Shown: positions 11,409 to 23,100 of the stretch, in pieces
Position numbering within the stretch: position 1 is the first letter of the stretch
Layout of the letters: every line of letters starts with the position of its first letter
Assembly (NCBI GenBank): GCA_030390025.1
Contig: CM059432.1
Coordinates: forward strand, 110,672,001-110,736,000
Length of the DNA: 64,000 nucleotides
Direction of reading: 5' to 3'
Origin: Squalus acanthias
Lineage: Eukaryota
Made by a program: the position numbers and the translations under genes
Notes under the pieces: model-generated
The model's input: the letters and a program-made list of their open reading frames with translations, nothing else
What the model was told of the DNA's origin: nothing
Database searches by the model: none

Positions 11409-12445
11409 ATAGCATCATAGAATCATAGAAAGTTACAGCATGGAAGGAGGCCCTTTTCGGCCCATCGTGTCCGCGCCGGCCAACAAAGAGCTATCCAGCC
11501 TAATCCCACTTCCCAGCTCTTGGTCCGTAGCCCTGCAGGTTAGAGCATCCCAAGTGCACATCCAAGTACTTTTTAAATGTGGTTAGGGTTCCTGCCTCTA
11601 CCACCCTTTCAGGCAGTGAGTTCCAGACCCCCACAACCCTCTGGGTGAAGAAACTTCCCCTCAAATCCCCTCTAAACCTTCCACCAATTACTTTAAATCT
11701 GTGCCCCCTGGTTTTTGACCCCTCTGCTAAGGGAAATTGGTCCTCTGTATCCACTATATCTATGCCCCTCATAATTTTATACACCTCAATAAGGTCTCCC
11801 CTCAGCCTCCTCTGTTCCAAGGAAAACAGACCCAGCCTATCCAGTCTTTCCTCATAGCTAAAATTCTCTACTCCCGGCAATATCCTTGTAAATCTCCTCT
11901 GTACCCTCTCGAGTGCAATCACATCTTTCCTGTAATGTGGTGACCAGAACTGCACGCAGTACTCTAGCTGAGGCCTAACTAATGTTTTATACAGTTGAAG
12001 CATAACCCCCCTGCTCTTGTATTCTATGCCACGGCTAATAAAGGCAAGCATTCCGTATGCCTTCTTAACCACCTTATCTACCTGGCCTGCTACCTTCAGG
12101 GATCTGTGGACATGCACTCCAAGGTCCCTTTGTTCCTCTACACTACTCAGTGTCCTACCATTTAATGTGTATTTCCTTTCCTTGTTAGCCCTCCCCAAAT
12201 GCATTACCTCACACTTCTCCGGATTGAATTCATTTGCCACTGTTCTGCCCACCTGACCAATTTATTGATATCTTCCTGCAGTCTACAGCTTCCTTCTTCA
12301 ATATCAACCACACAGCCGATTTTAGTATCATCTGCAAACTTCTTAATCATATCCTCTATATTCAAGTCAAGATCATTGATATATACCACAAAAAGCAAGG
12401 GACATAGTGCTGAGCCCTGCGGAACCGCACTGGAAACAGCCTTTC
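11409..12445 (-). mobile_element. 5'-truncated CR1 LINE
   Basis: YINDLD, KFADDTKIG, LVRPQLEYCVQFWSP on -; tail repeat CATAGAAT at ~11410-11430. Confidence 0.92.
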
Positions 12446-12469
12446 AGAAAATAACATTTTGGGACACAG

Positions 12470-12706
12470 TATATGAGTAATAGTTGCATGCTCGGGAGAA
12501 ACAGGTGACTTTGGACTGTGATTCCCAAAGCTCTCCACCACTGGGGGTTTCCTCACATCATGTCATGTCCGGGTCTGTTGCAGACTCATTGATAGAGATT
12601 GATTGCTGTTAGTCCATTATCGTTGTATCATGCAACTACCAGGATGGTAAAAGGCGAACTATATCGAGCTTGGTCTTTTTTCATCCGTCAATTCCTATGT
12701 TCCTAC
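12470..12706 (+). mobile_element. LINE-type 3' tail fragment of an unidentified family
   Basis: Ends in TTCCTATGTTCCTA; related sequence in reverse orientation at ~60668-60760. Confidence 0.45.
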
Positions 12707-12899
12707 AGACAAGCACTAAGGGCTTGCACAAGGGTGATAAATAAATATTCTATTAACTATTAGATAAAGATGGAATTAAGTTGTTTGATAAATTTGTTTT
12801 TGATCTGGATTTGCTGTTGGTGTTTATAATTTTAGTGAAGTGAAGGCAAGACCCATACGGCTGCACTGAAGGAAGGCGATTGAAGGGTGGTACTGGCCT

Positions 12900-13160
12900 C
12901 TTGCACATCCCTGATTTTCATTGCTCCACCATTGGCGGACATAGTTAGGCCCCAAGCTCTGGAATTCCCTCTCTAAACCTCTTTGCGTTTCTACCTCTCT
13001 CTCATCCTTCAAACCTACCTGTTTGACTGAACTTTTGGTCACCAGTCCTAATATGGCGCTTATGTGGTTTGGTGTCAAATTTTGTTTGATAATGCTCCTG
13101 TGACATGCCTTAGGATGTTTTACTGCGTTAAAGGCATTTTATAAATGCAAGTTGTTGTTA
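12900..13160 (+). mobile_element. L2-type LINE 3' end
   Basis: CTCTGGAATTCCCT then ...GTTAAAGGCATTTTATAAATGCAAGTTGTTGTT; similar tail at 315-370 and on the SINEs. Confidence 0.55.
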
Positions 13161-13167
13161 TTATTGT

Positions 13168-13920
13168 GGTAGTAAGGACACTGGCAAGAATTGTGGGACC
13201 ATTAGTGTACTGGGGATGGTAGTAAGGACATTGGCAAGAATTGTGGGACTGTTAGTGTACTGGGGATGGTAGTAAGGACACTGGCAAGAATTGTGGGACT
13301 GTTAGTGTACTGGGGATGGTAGTAAGGACACTGGCAAGAATTGTGGGACTGTTAGTGTACTGGGGATGGTAGTAAGGACACTGGCAAGAATTGTGGGACT
13401 GTTAGTGTACTGGGGATGGTAGTAAGGACACTGGCAAGGATTGTGGGACTGTTAGTGTACTGGGGATGGTAGTAAGGACACTGGCAAGGATTGTGGGACC
13501 ATTAGTGTACTGGGGATGGTAGTAAGGACATTGGCAAGGATTGTGGGACTGTTAGTGTACTGGGGATGGTAGTAAGGACATTGGCAAGGATTGTGGGACT
13601 GTTAGTGTACTGGGGATGGTAGTAAGGACACTGGCAAGGATTGTGGGACTGTTAGTGTACTGGGGATGGTAGTAAGGACATTGGCAAGGATTGTGGGACT
13701 GTTAGTGTACTGGGGATGGTAGTAAGGACACTGGCAAGGATTGTGGGACTGTTAGTGTACTGGGGATGGTAGTAAGGACACTGGGAAGGATTCTGGGACT
13801 GTTAGTGTACTGGGGATGGTAGTAAGGACATTGGCAAGGATTGTGGGACTGTTAGTGTACTGGGGATGGTAGTAAGGACACTGGCAAGGATTGTGGGACT
13901 GTTAGTGTACTGGGGATGGT
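13168..13920. repeat. 50-bp minisatellite, ~15 copies
   Basis: Unit GGTAGTAAGGACAYTGGCAAGRATTGTGGGACTGTTAGTGTACTGGGGAT with exact 50-bp period. Confidence 0.97.
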
Positions 13921-14420
13921 TTAGGTGAAGCGCTGTTTGGTGAGCTGCTCTCTTAGAGCTTTGGCAGCTAGGGGCACTGATGGTCGCTGTCTCTCCTGCT
14001 CCTCGACATGTTCCTCCTCCTGCTGCACGTGTTGTTGCCCAGGTGGTGGTAAGGGCTGGTCCCTCATTATTGCAATATTGTGGAGTATGCAGCAGACACT
14101 GACAAATCTGGATACCCGTTCAGGGATGTACTACAAAGCTCCTCTTGAACAGTCCAGGCAGTGGAAGCGTTGCTTGAGCACAACGATGGTTTGCTCGATC
14201 ACGGTTCTGGTGGCGGCACGACTCTCATTGTATATTAGCTCTGCAGCTGTGCCCGGGTCCCTGACAAAGACATGAGCCATGACCAGAGAGGATGTCCCTT
14301 GTCATCCAGTAGCCAGCTTGTAACCTGAAGGCCTGGTTGAAATAAAGATGCCGTAGAGGACTGGCGCAGGATGGAAGATTCATAACTGCTGCCAGGCACA
14401 GGCCTATATGATGCGGTCAA
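13921..14420 (-). pseudogene. Harbinger transposase relic (C-terminal half)
   Basis: PGSSYESSILRQ, WLLDDKGHPL, YNESRAATRTVIEQTIVVLKQRFHCLD, CCILHN, ALREQLTKQRFT*; has stop and frameshifts; collinear with the intact transposase. Confidence 0.85.
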
Positions 14421-15759
14421 TCAGTTTATAAGGCAGTCAACAACGGTACAACACCAACAAAATCTTCTCAGCAGTGAAACTGAACTTGCCAGAGTCAGAA
14501 AACAGACCAAAACTCCCAGAAGTTAACCAGCAGTCTGAAATGACAAACCAGCAACTAACCTGCAAGTACATGACCTCTGTAAACAATGCTGGTGAAGGGT
14601 TCTTCCTGCCTGTTAGAGCCACAAGTTACTGGCAAGGTTAGCACATGGCGAGTCAGGTGCTGGGTCTTAGTAAAATTAGAACAGGGTCCTCCAAGAAGCG
14701 CAGGACCCTAATTTGACGAAGTTATTCAGTGTTTTCCACAATCCTTGCGTTGTGGACGCCTATGGAGACATCCATTCCTGCTCGCCATTTTGGAGACTTA
14801 GGCGTCCGTTTAGTGACCAGAAAACAGGTGCAGCACAATTGAATTTCTCACCAAAATGTCAGGTCACCACCTCCATCGCAGCCTGGCAGGATTTCCTGGG
14901 TTTCTTCATGGGAGGCCCAGTGAAGCTTGGTGCTATATCCTGTCCCCAGGCCCCCACTAACCACAGAATTCTGAGGTGTTGGTCTCGAATATGAGGGGGA
15001 GGGAGCCATGTTGAATTTTTAACTTGTATTTGTAGTTATTTTCTGCAATTTGGAGGTAATTTATTGACAAAATGAGTCGCGTCAGAGGCATTGTTCCTCA
15101 GAAGCACTTTGCCACACCTTGCTGCTTGGGTGCCTTTCTAGTCACTTTAATCAAAATGACACTTGGGTTACGGTAACGCTCTATGTACAGGCAACTTCAT
15201 AAAGATTTTCCTCTTCCTTTTATCTTCAGTGACTGCCTGTTTCTGAAAGCTGAATACAGTATTTATCCATGAGTTATTGTGGTACAGCTTCTCAACCTTG
15301 CTGCACAGGAGCTCCTGACTCTTCATTCCTACATGCTCTTCCTCTGTCACATTGTGCTTCCTTAACTGGAACAGCTATGACCAGTGACTCACTGCCAACA
15401 CTGACCCTGCTCCTCCTCAGCAACACAAGTATGTTTTTTATGGGCACGCTTGACAATTGATTCTCCACTAGTACCTCAATCTGTCTTGCCAGGAGTGGAA
15501 ACCGTCTAATATGGAAGCAAGTCGGCCTTACAGCTGAAGCAGAATGGCTGACGAAGCACCACGTAGAATACAGGATTTCAAAGCTAGGCCACAGTTAGGG
15601 GTAAACAGAGTCTGAAGCACTCTCTGCTTTTTACATGGACAGCTAACCTGATTACAAGATTTATTTTAATATGTCACACTAAGTTTATTCTTTGATTAAC
15701 TGATGAGTTATTGCATGACTAATATTTCTGAAATTTTAATTTAAAGACACAATATTACA

Positions 15760-16165
15760 TCAGCCATGGCTCAGTTGGTAGCACTCTTGCCTCGGAGTCA
15801 GAAGGTCGTGGGTTCAAGTCCCACTCCAGAGACTTGAGCACAAAAATCTAGGCTGACACTCCCAGTGCAGTGCTGAGGGAGTACTGCACTGTCGGAGGTG
15901 CCGTCTTTCGGATGAGACGTTAAACCGAGGCCCTGTTTGTCCTCTTAGCTGGACATAAAAGATTCCATACCACTATTAGGGCAGGGAACGTCCAATAATC
16001 ATCCCGCAAAGAAACAGATTATCTGGTCATTATCACATTGCTGTTTGCTGTGCACAAATTGGCTGCCGTGTTTCCTACATTATAACAGTGACTACACTTC
16101 CAAACAGTACTTCATTAGCTGTAAAGCGCTTTGGCACGTCCGGAGCTCGTGAAACGAGCTACATA
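15760..16165 (+). mobile_element. tRNA-derived SINE (SacSINE1/DeuSINE-like)
   Basis: A box TGGCTCAGTTGG 15767-15778, B box GGTTCAAGTCC 15811-15821, central GGATGAGACGTTAAACCGAGGCCC, tail CTGTAAAGCGCTTTGG. Confidence 0.85.
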
Positions 16166-16269
16166 TATTTATTTATTTATTTACTTTTCTCTTTTTCTCT
16201 CTTTCTTTCCTTTTATTTTAAGTATGCACTCCATTGCAAAATATAAATATATTCTGCAAGCCCCACCAT

Positions 16270-18503
16270 TATAGAATCACAGACTAGTGCAGCACAGAAG
16301 GAGGCCATTCGGCCCATCGAATCTGCGCCGGTTTTTTCGAAGAGCAATCCAGTCAGTCCCACTTCCCCCGCTCTTTCCCCATATCCCTGCAATTTTTTCT
16401 CCTTCAAGTATTTATCCAATTCCCTTTTGAAGGTTACTATTGAATCTGTTTCCACCGCCCTATCAGGCAACGCGTTCCAGATCCTAACCATTCGTTGCAT
16501 AAAAAAGTTTTTCCTCATGTCGCCTCTGGTTCTTTTGCCAATCACCTTAAATCTGTGTCCTCTGGTTATCAACCCTTCAGCCATTGTAAACAGTTTACAT
16601 CGGATATACAGCACAGAAACAGCCCATTCGGCCCAACCAGTCCATGCCGGCCTTTATGCTCCACTCGAGCCTCCTCTCGTCTTTCCTCATCTAAATCTAT
16701 CAGCATAACCCTCTATTCCCTTTTCCCTCATATGCTTGTCTAGCCTCCCCTTAAATGCATCTATATTATTTGCTTCAACCACTCCCTGTGGTAGCCAGTT
16801 CCACATTCTCACCACTCTCTGGGTAAAGAAGTTTCTTCTGAATTCCCAATTTGATTTCTTGGTGACTATCTTATATTGATGGCCTCTAGTTTTGCTCTTC
16901 CCCACAAGTGGAATCACACTCTCTGTCTACTCTATCAAAACCTTTCATAATTTTAAAGACCTCTATTAGGTCATCCCTCAGCCTTCTCTTTTCAAGAGAA
17001 AAGAGATCCAGCCTGTTCATCCTTTCTTGATTGGTATACCCTCACATTTCTGGTATCATCCTTGTAAATCTACTCTTTTTCTTTCTATAATATGGTGACC
17101 AGAACTGTACGCAGTACTCCCAAGTGTGTTCTAACCACACAGGTTCGATACAAGTTTAGCATAACTTAACTACTTTTCAATTCTATCCCTATAGAAATAA
17201 ACCCTGATGCCTGGTTTGCTTATTTTATGGCCTTGTTAACTTGTATTGATACTTTTAATGATTTGTGTATTTGTACTCCGAGATCCCTTTGCTCCTCTAC
17301 CCCATTTAGATTCTTAGGGGTAAAAATTGGGTAGTGCCCCCTTTGGGGCTAATTTTAGCGCCCCGAAAAAGTTAGCGCCCCCGCGGCCGATTTTCCCAGG
17401 TAGCGCCCCGAGAAGGAGGAGGGGCGCTACTGGAAGCCCCCTGCGTCCCTCTTGGGGCGCTGCGAGCCAATATCGTGGCGCGACAGGCCTTCCCGGCGCC
17501 CAGCTGGGCCACCAGGGATCGGGAGTGCCGGCAAACGAGCCCGGCACGCAAGAGGAGTGCTGGGCTCATGGAGAGCAGCCGGCACCCCGTGGGGGGGGGG
17601 GCTTCACGGGGGCCGGGGACAGCAATGGGGGAAGGTGCTGGCAGGCGGCCAGCAATAAAAATGGCCGCCCATCACTTCCTCTTTAACTAGCACTGCCCCG
17701 GCCGCAGGTAGGCCCCCCTGACCCCAGCGGACATAGTGTCTGGTGGTAAATCGGGGGGGGGGGCGCCACCCAATGTTACAGCCGGGGTGTGAGCGGGGCA
17801 CTGCGCATGGCGATGACGTCATTGCCAGCGGCACAGCGCTGCTAACAGTTAGCGCCGCGGCTAACCTCCCGCTGAATTTTGTGGGAGGTGTTAGTGGCGC
17901 CGCGCCCAGGCACTAATGGATTAGGGCGCTAACGGGAGGCGCAAATCAACCGAATTTAGCCCCCTTAGTTTTCAAGTAATATGTGACCTCCATATTTTCC
18001 TTGCCAAAATGTAATACCTCACATTTATCTGTGTTGACTTCCATTTGCCAATGATATGCCCATTCTGCAAGTTTATTAATGTCTTCTTGTCATTTGTTGC
18101 AGTCCTCCTCAGTATTGACTATCCCCCCCAATTTGGTGTTGTCCGCAAATTTAGAAGCTTCGAATTAAGCTGAAAACCATGGGAATCCAGAAAAGACAAT
18201 CGGACTGGTAGGAAGTTTCTCTTTATTTACTCTGTCTAAACCGTTCATGATTTTAAACAACTCTATCAAATCTCCTCTTAACCTTCTCTGCTCTAAGGAG
18301 AACAATCCCAGCTTCTCCAGTCTATCCACGTAACGGTAATCCCTCATCCCTGGAACCATTCTAGTAAATCTTTTCTGTACCCTCGCGAAAGCCTTCACGT
18401 CCTTCCTAAAGTGCGGTGCCCAGAATTGGACACAATACTCCAGCTGGGGCCGAACTAGTGTTTTATAGAGGTTTAACATAACTTCCTGGCTTTTGTACTC
18501 TAT
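16270..18503 (-). mobile_element. CR1 LINE (16270-16596 and 18214-18503) interrupted by a second CR1 (16597-18213)
   Basis: Outer ORF2 pieces are collinear (RRLRGDLIE...NKEKL / GLITRGHRFKVIGK); AGTTT at 16592-16596 and 18214-18218; inner copy has its own tail and KFADNTKL. Confidence 0.8.
17317..17964 (-). mobile_element. Non-autonomous Harbinger element (MITE), 648 bp
   Basis: TTA duplicated at 17314-17316 and 17965-17967; ends GGGGTAAAAATT and AATTTAGCCCCC; TTAGCGCC/GGCGCTAA subterminal motifs; CR1 resumes on both sides. Confidence 0.9.
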
Positions 18504-18928
18504 GGGCTGGATTTTAATGTTCAGCCACGCTGGCAGCAGGGTTAGCGGTGGGGGGCGGGGTGCCAAGAACGTGTGGGGAACCCAGAGGTATCTGAAGCGC
18601 ATCTGCCAGTGGGTTTTTAACTCAGCCACAGTGTTAACATATGATATCCGGGTTTCCCGACCAGTTAGCATCAGCGGGCGTGATGACGACCCACATGACG
18701 CGATTTCAACTCCGCTATTTAAAGGGATACTGGAAACATGCAAGCTGAATCAGTTGGAGGTGGGAAGGAGAGAGAAAGAAGTGTTGCCATGGAAGGGAGA
18801 AGGTCATAGACCGGGTCCCGCTTCAGGGACGCCTCCCTCGATGTGCTGCTGGGGGCTGTGAGGGCCCGGAGGAATATACAGTTCCCTAGCAACGGGAGGA
18901 AGAAGCCGGCTGGGAACACCAAGAAGGC
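18504..18928 (+). mobile_element. Truncated Harbinger end with start of a Myb gene
   Basis: TIR-like GGGCTGGATTTT, TATTTAAAGGG box, ATG 18789 reading MEGRRS*TGSRFRDASLDVLLGAVRARRNIQFP. Confidence 0.7.
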
Positions 18929-20115
18929 AGCTGGAGTATTGCGGACAATTCTGGGCACCACACTTCAGGAAAAGAGGTAAAGGCCTTAGAAAGGGTACAG
19001 AGGAGGTTTACCAGGATGTTACCAGGGATGAGGGACTTCAGTTATCAGGAGAGGTTGGAAAAGTTAGGAATGTTCTCCTTGGAACAGTGAAGGTTAAGAG
19101 GTGACCTCATAGAGGTTTTCAAGATGATGAGAGGTTTTGATCGAGTAGCGATTCATAGCGAAAGGGTTTGAGTATAGGAACAGGGATGTCCTGCTGCAGT
19201 TGTACAGGGCCTTGGTGAGACCACACCTTGAGTACTGTGTGCAGTTTTGGTCGCCTTATCTGAGGAAGGATGTTCTTGCCATGGAAGGAGTTCAGCGAAG
19301 ATTCACAAGGCTGATACCTGGGATGGCAGGAATGACATATGAGGAGAGATTGGGTCGATTGGGCTTATACTCACTGGAGTATAGAAGAATGAGAGGGGAT
19401 CTCATCGAAACATATAAAATTCTGACAGGTCTGGACAAACTAGATGCAGGAAGAATGTTCCCGATGGTCGGAGAGTCCGGAACCAGGGGTCATAATCTAC
19501 GGATAACGGGTAAGCCATTTAGGACAGAAATGAGGAAGAATTTCTTCACCCAGAGAGTGGTGAACCTGTGGAATTCTCTACCACAGAAGGTAGTTGAGGC
19601 GAAGTCATTAAATGTATTCAAGAATGAGTTAGATATATTTCTTAAAGCTAAAGGTATCAAGGGATATGGGGAGAAGGCAGGTTCAGGGTACTGAGTTTGG
19701 ATGATCAGCCATGATCTCATCGAATGGCGGAGCAGGCTCGAGGGGCCGAATGGCCTACTCCTGCTCCTATCTTCTATGTTTCTATGTTTCTATGAGTAGA
19801 TAGAGAAAAACTATTCCCTCTGGCGAGTGAGTCAATAACTCGAGGTCATAGATTCAAAATCATTGGAAAAAGATCTAGCGGGGAGATGAGGAGAAATGGT
19901 TTCACTCAGAGAGTTGTTGGGATCTGGAACGCTCGACCTGAAAAGGTGGTGGAAGCTGATTCCATAAATAATTTTGAAAGGGAGTTGGACAGGTTCTTGA
20001 GGATGGTTACGGACAATAGAGGTGGGTGTGGGACTAAGTGGGACCGCTCCTTCAGAGAGCCAGCTCGAGCACGGCGGGCCGAATGGCCTCCTTCAGGGCT
20101 GTAAGTTTTTATGGT
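18929..20115 (+). mobile_element. CR1 LINE interrupted by another CR1 (19149-19793)
   Basis: GAGTAG duplicated at 19143-19148 and 19794-19799; inner copy has ORF 19200-19694 and a TTCTATGT tail; outer copy resumes collinearly. Confidence 0.85.
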
Positions 20116-20140
20116 TCCAGGAAGGCATGGTTAGAGATGT

Positions 20141-23100
20141 CAGCAGGAGGAGCGTGACGTCACGCTGTGTGAGCGGGAGGAGCGTGATGCCATGCTGTGT
20201 GAGCGGGAGGAGTGTGACGCCACGCTGTGTGAGCGGGAGGAGTGTGACGCCACGCTGTGTGAGCGGGAGGAGCGTGACGCCACGCTGTGTGAGCGGGAGG
20301 AGCGTGACATCATGCTGTGTGAGCGGGAGGAGTGTGACGTCACGCTGTGTGAGCGGGAGGAGTGTGACGTCACGCTGTGTGAGCGGGAGGAGTGTGACAT
20401 CATGCTGTGTGAGCGGGAGGAGTGTGACGTCACGCTGTGTGAGCGGGAGGAGTGTGACGTCACGCTGTGTGAGCGGGAGGAGTGTGACGTCACGCTGTGT
20501 GAGCGGGAGGAGTGTGACGCCACGCTGTGTGAGCGGAGGAGTGTGACGCCACGCTGTGTGAGCGGGAGGAGTGTGACGCCACGCTGTGTGAGCGGGAGGA
20601 GTGTGACATCATGCTGTGTGAGCGGGAGGAGTGTGACGTCACGCTGTGTGAGCGGGAGGAGTGTGACGTCACGCTGTGTGAGCGGGAGGAGTGTGACGTC
20701 ACGCTGTGTGAGCGGGAGGAGTGTGACGCCACGCTGTGTGAGCGGAGGAGTGTGACGCCACGCTGTGTGAGCGGGAGGAGTGTGACGCCACGCTGTGTGA
20801 GCGGGAGGAGTGTGATGCCACGCTGTGTGAGCGGAGGAGTGTGACGCCACGCTGTGTGAGCGGGAGGAGTGTGACGTCACGCTGTGTGAGCGGGAGGAGT
20901 GTGACGTCACGCTGTGTGAGCGGGAGGAGCGTGACGCCACGCTGTGTGAGCGGGAGGACCATGACGCCACGCTGTGTGAGCGGGAGGAGCGTGACGTCAC
21001 GCTGTGTGAGCGGGAGGAGTGTGACGCCACGCTGTGTGAGCGGGAGGAGCGTGACGCCACGCTGTGTGAGCGGGAGGAGCGTGACGCCACGCTGTGTGAG
21101 CGGGAGGAGCGTGACGTCACGCTGTGTGAGCGGGAGGAGTGTGACATCACGCTGTGTGAGCGGGAGGAGCGTGACGCCACGCTGTGTGAGCGGGAGGAGT
21201 GTGACATCGCGCTGTGTGAGCGGGAGGAGCGTGACGCCACGCTGTGTGAGCGGGAGGAGCGTGACGCCACGCTGTGTGAGCGGGAGGAGTGTGACATCAT
21301 GATGTGTGAGCGAGAGGAGTGTGACGTCACGCTGTGTGAGCGGGAGGAGCGTGACGCCACGCTGTGTGAGCGGGAGGAGCGTGACGCCACGCTGTGTGAG
21401 CGGGAGGAGTGTGACATCATGATGTGTGAGCGGGAGGAGTGTGACACCACGCTGTGTGAGCGGGAGGAGCGTGACGCCACGCTGTGTGAGCGGGAGGAGT
21501 GTGACGCCACGCTGTGTGAGCGGGAGGACCGTGACGTCACGCTGTGTGAGCGGGAGGAGCGTGACGCCACGCTGTGTGAGCGGGAGGAGTGTGACGCCAC
21601 GCTGTGTGAGCGGGAGGAGCGTGACGCCACGCTGTGTGAGCGGGAGGAGTGTGACGCCACGCTGTGTGAGCGGAGGAGTGTGACGTCATGATGTGTGAGC
21701 GGAGGAGTGTGACGTCATGATGTGTGAGCGGGAGGAGCGTGACGCCACGCTGTGTGAGCGGGAGGAGCGTGACGTCAAGCTGTGTGAGCGGGAGGAGTGT
21801 GACGTCATGCTGTGTGAGCGGGAGGAGTGTGACGTCACGCTGTGTGAGCGGGAGGAGCGTGACATCACGCTGTGTGAGCCGGAGGAGCGTGACGTCACGC
21901 TGTGTGAGCGGGAGGAGTGTGACATCACGCTGTGTGAGCGGGAGGAGCGTGACATCACGCTGTGTGAGCGGGAGGAGTGTGACATCACGCTGTGTGAGCG
22001 GGAGGAGCGTGACGTCACGCTGTGTGAGCGGGAGGAGCGTGACATCACGCTGTGTGAGCGGGAGGAGTGTGACATCACGCTGTGTGAGTGGGAGGAGTGT
22101 GACGTCACGCTGTGAGCGGGAGGAGTGTGACATCACGCTGTGTGAGTGGGAGGAGTGTGACGTCAAGCTGTGTGAGCGGGAGGAGTGTGACGTCATGCTG
22201 TGTGAGCGGGAGGAGTGTGACGTCACGCTGTGTGAGCGGGAGGAGCGTGACATCACGCTGTGTGAGCCGGAGGAGCATGACATCACGCTGTGTGAGCGGG
22301 AGGAGTGTGACATCACGCTGTGTGAGCGGGAGGAGCGTGACGTCACGCTGTGTGAGCGGGAGGAGTGTGACATCACGCTGTGTGAGCGGGAGGAGCGTGA
22401 CATCACGCTGTGTGAGCGGGAGGAGTGTGACATCACGCTGTGTGAGTGGGAGGAGTGTGACGTCACGCTGTGAGCGGGAGGAGTGTGACATCACGCTGTG
22501 TGAGCGGGAGGAGTGTGACGCCATGCTGTGTGAGCGGGAGGAGTGTGACGCCATGCTGTGTGAGCGGGAGGAGTGTGACGCCATGCTGTGTGAGCGGGAC
22601 GAGCGTGACATCACGCTGTGTGAGCGGGAGGAGCGTGACGTCACGCTGTGTGAGCGGGAGGAGTGTGACATCACACTGTGTGAGTGGGAGGAGTGTGACG
22701 TCACGCTGTGAGTGGGAGGAGTGTGACATCACGCTGTGTGAGCGGGAGGAGTGTGACGTCACGCTGTGAGCGGGAGGAGTGTGACATCACGCTGTGTGAG
22801 CGGGAGGAGTGTGACGCCACGCTGTGTGAGCGGGAGGAGTGTGACGCCATGCTGTGTGAGCGGGAGGAGTGTGATGCCATGCTGTGTGAGCGGGAGGAGT
22901 GTGACGCCATGCTGTGTGAGCGGGAGGAGCGTGACGCCATGCTGTGTGAGCGGGAGGAGTGTGACGTTACGCTGTGTGAGCAGGAGGAGCGTGACGCCAC
23001 GCTGTGTGAGCGGGAGGAGCGTGACATCACGCTGTGTGAGCGGGAGGAGTGTGACGTCACGCTGTGTGAGCGGGAGGAGTGTGACGTCACGCTGTGTGAG

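Larger units (their letters stand above)
8483..14852 (-). mobile_element. Second, decayed Harbinger in opposite orientation, interrupted by LINEs and a minisatellite
   Basis: Myb relic on + and transposase relic on -; TIR-like AGTCTAGAAATTC at ~8483 and GAATTTCTCACC at ~14841-14852; ends uncertain. Confidence 0.6.

Noticed and set aside
13168..13920. CRISPR-like appearance of regular repeats
   Set aside because: No unique spacers, no cas genes, eukaryotic context
15168..15480. Possible extra OXR1 exon in unique sequence
   Set aside because: No frame resembles OXR1 sequence I recall and no convincing splice pair
15760..15830. tRNA gene (also at ~38430-38500)
   Set aside because: tRNA-like head continues into a shared SINE body and LINE-type tail
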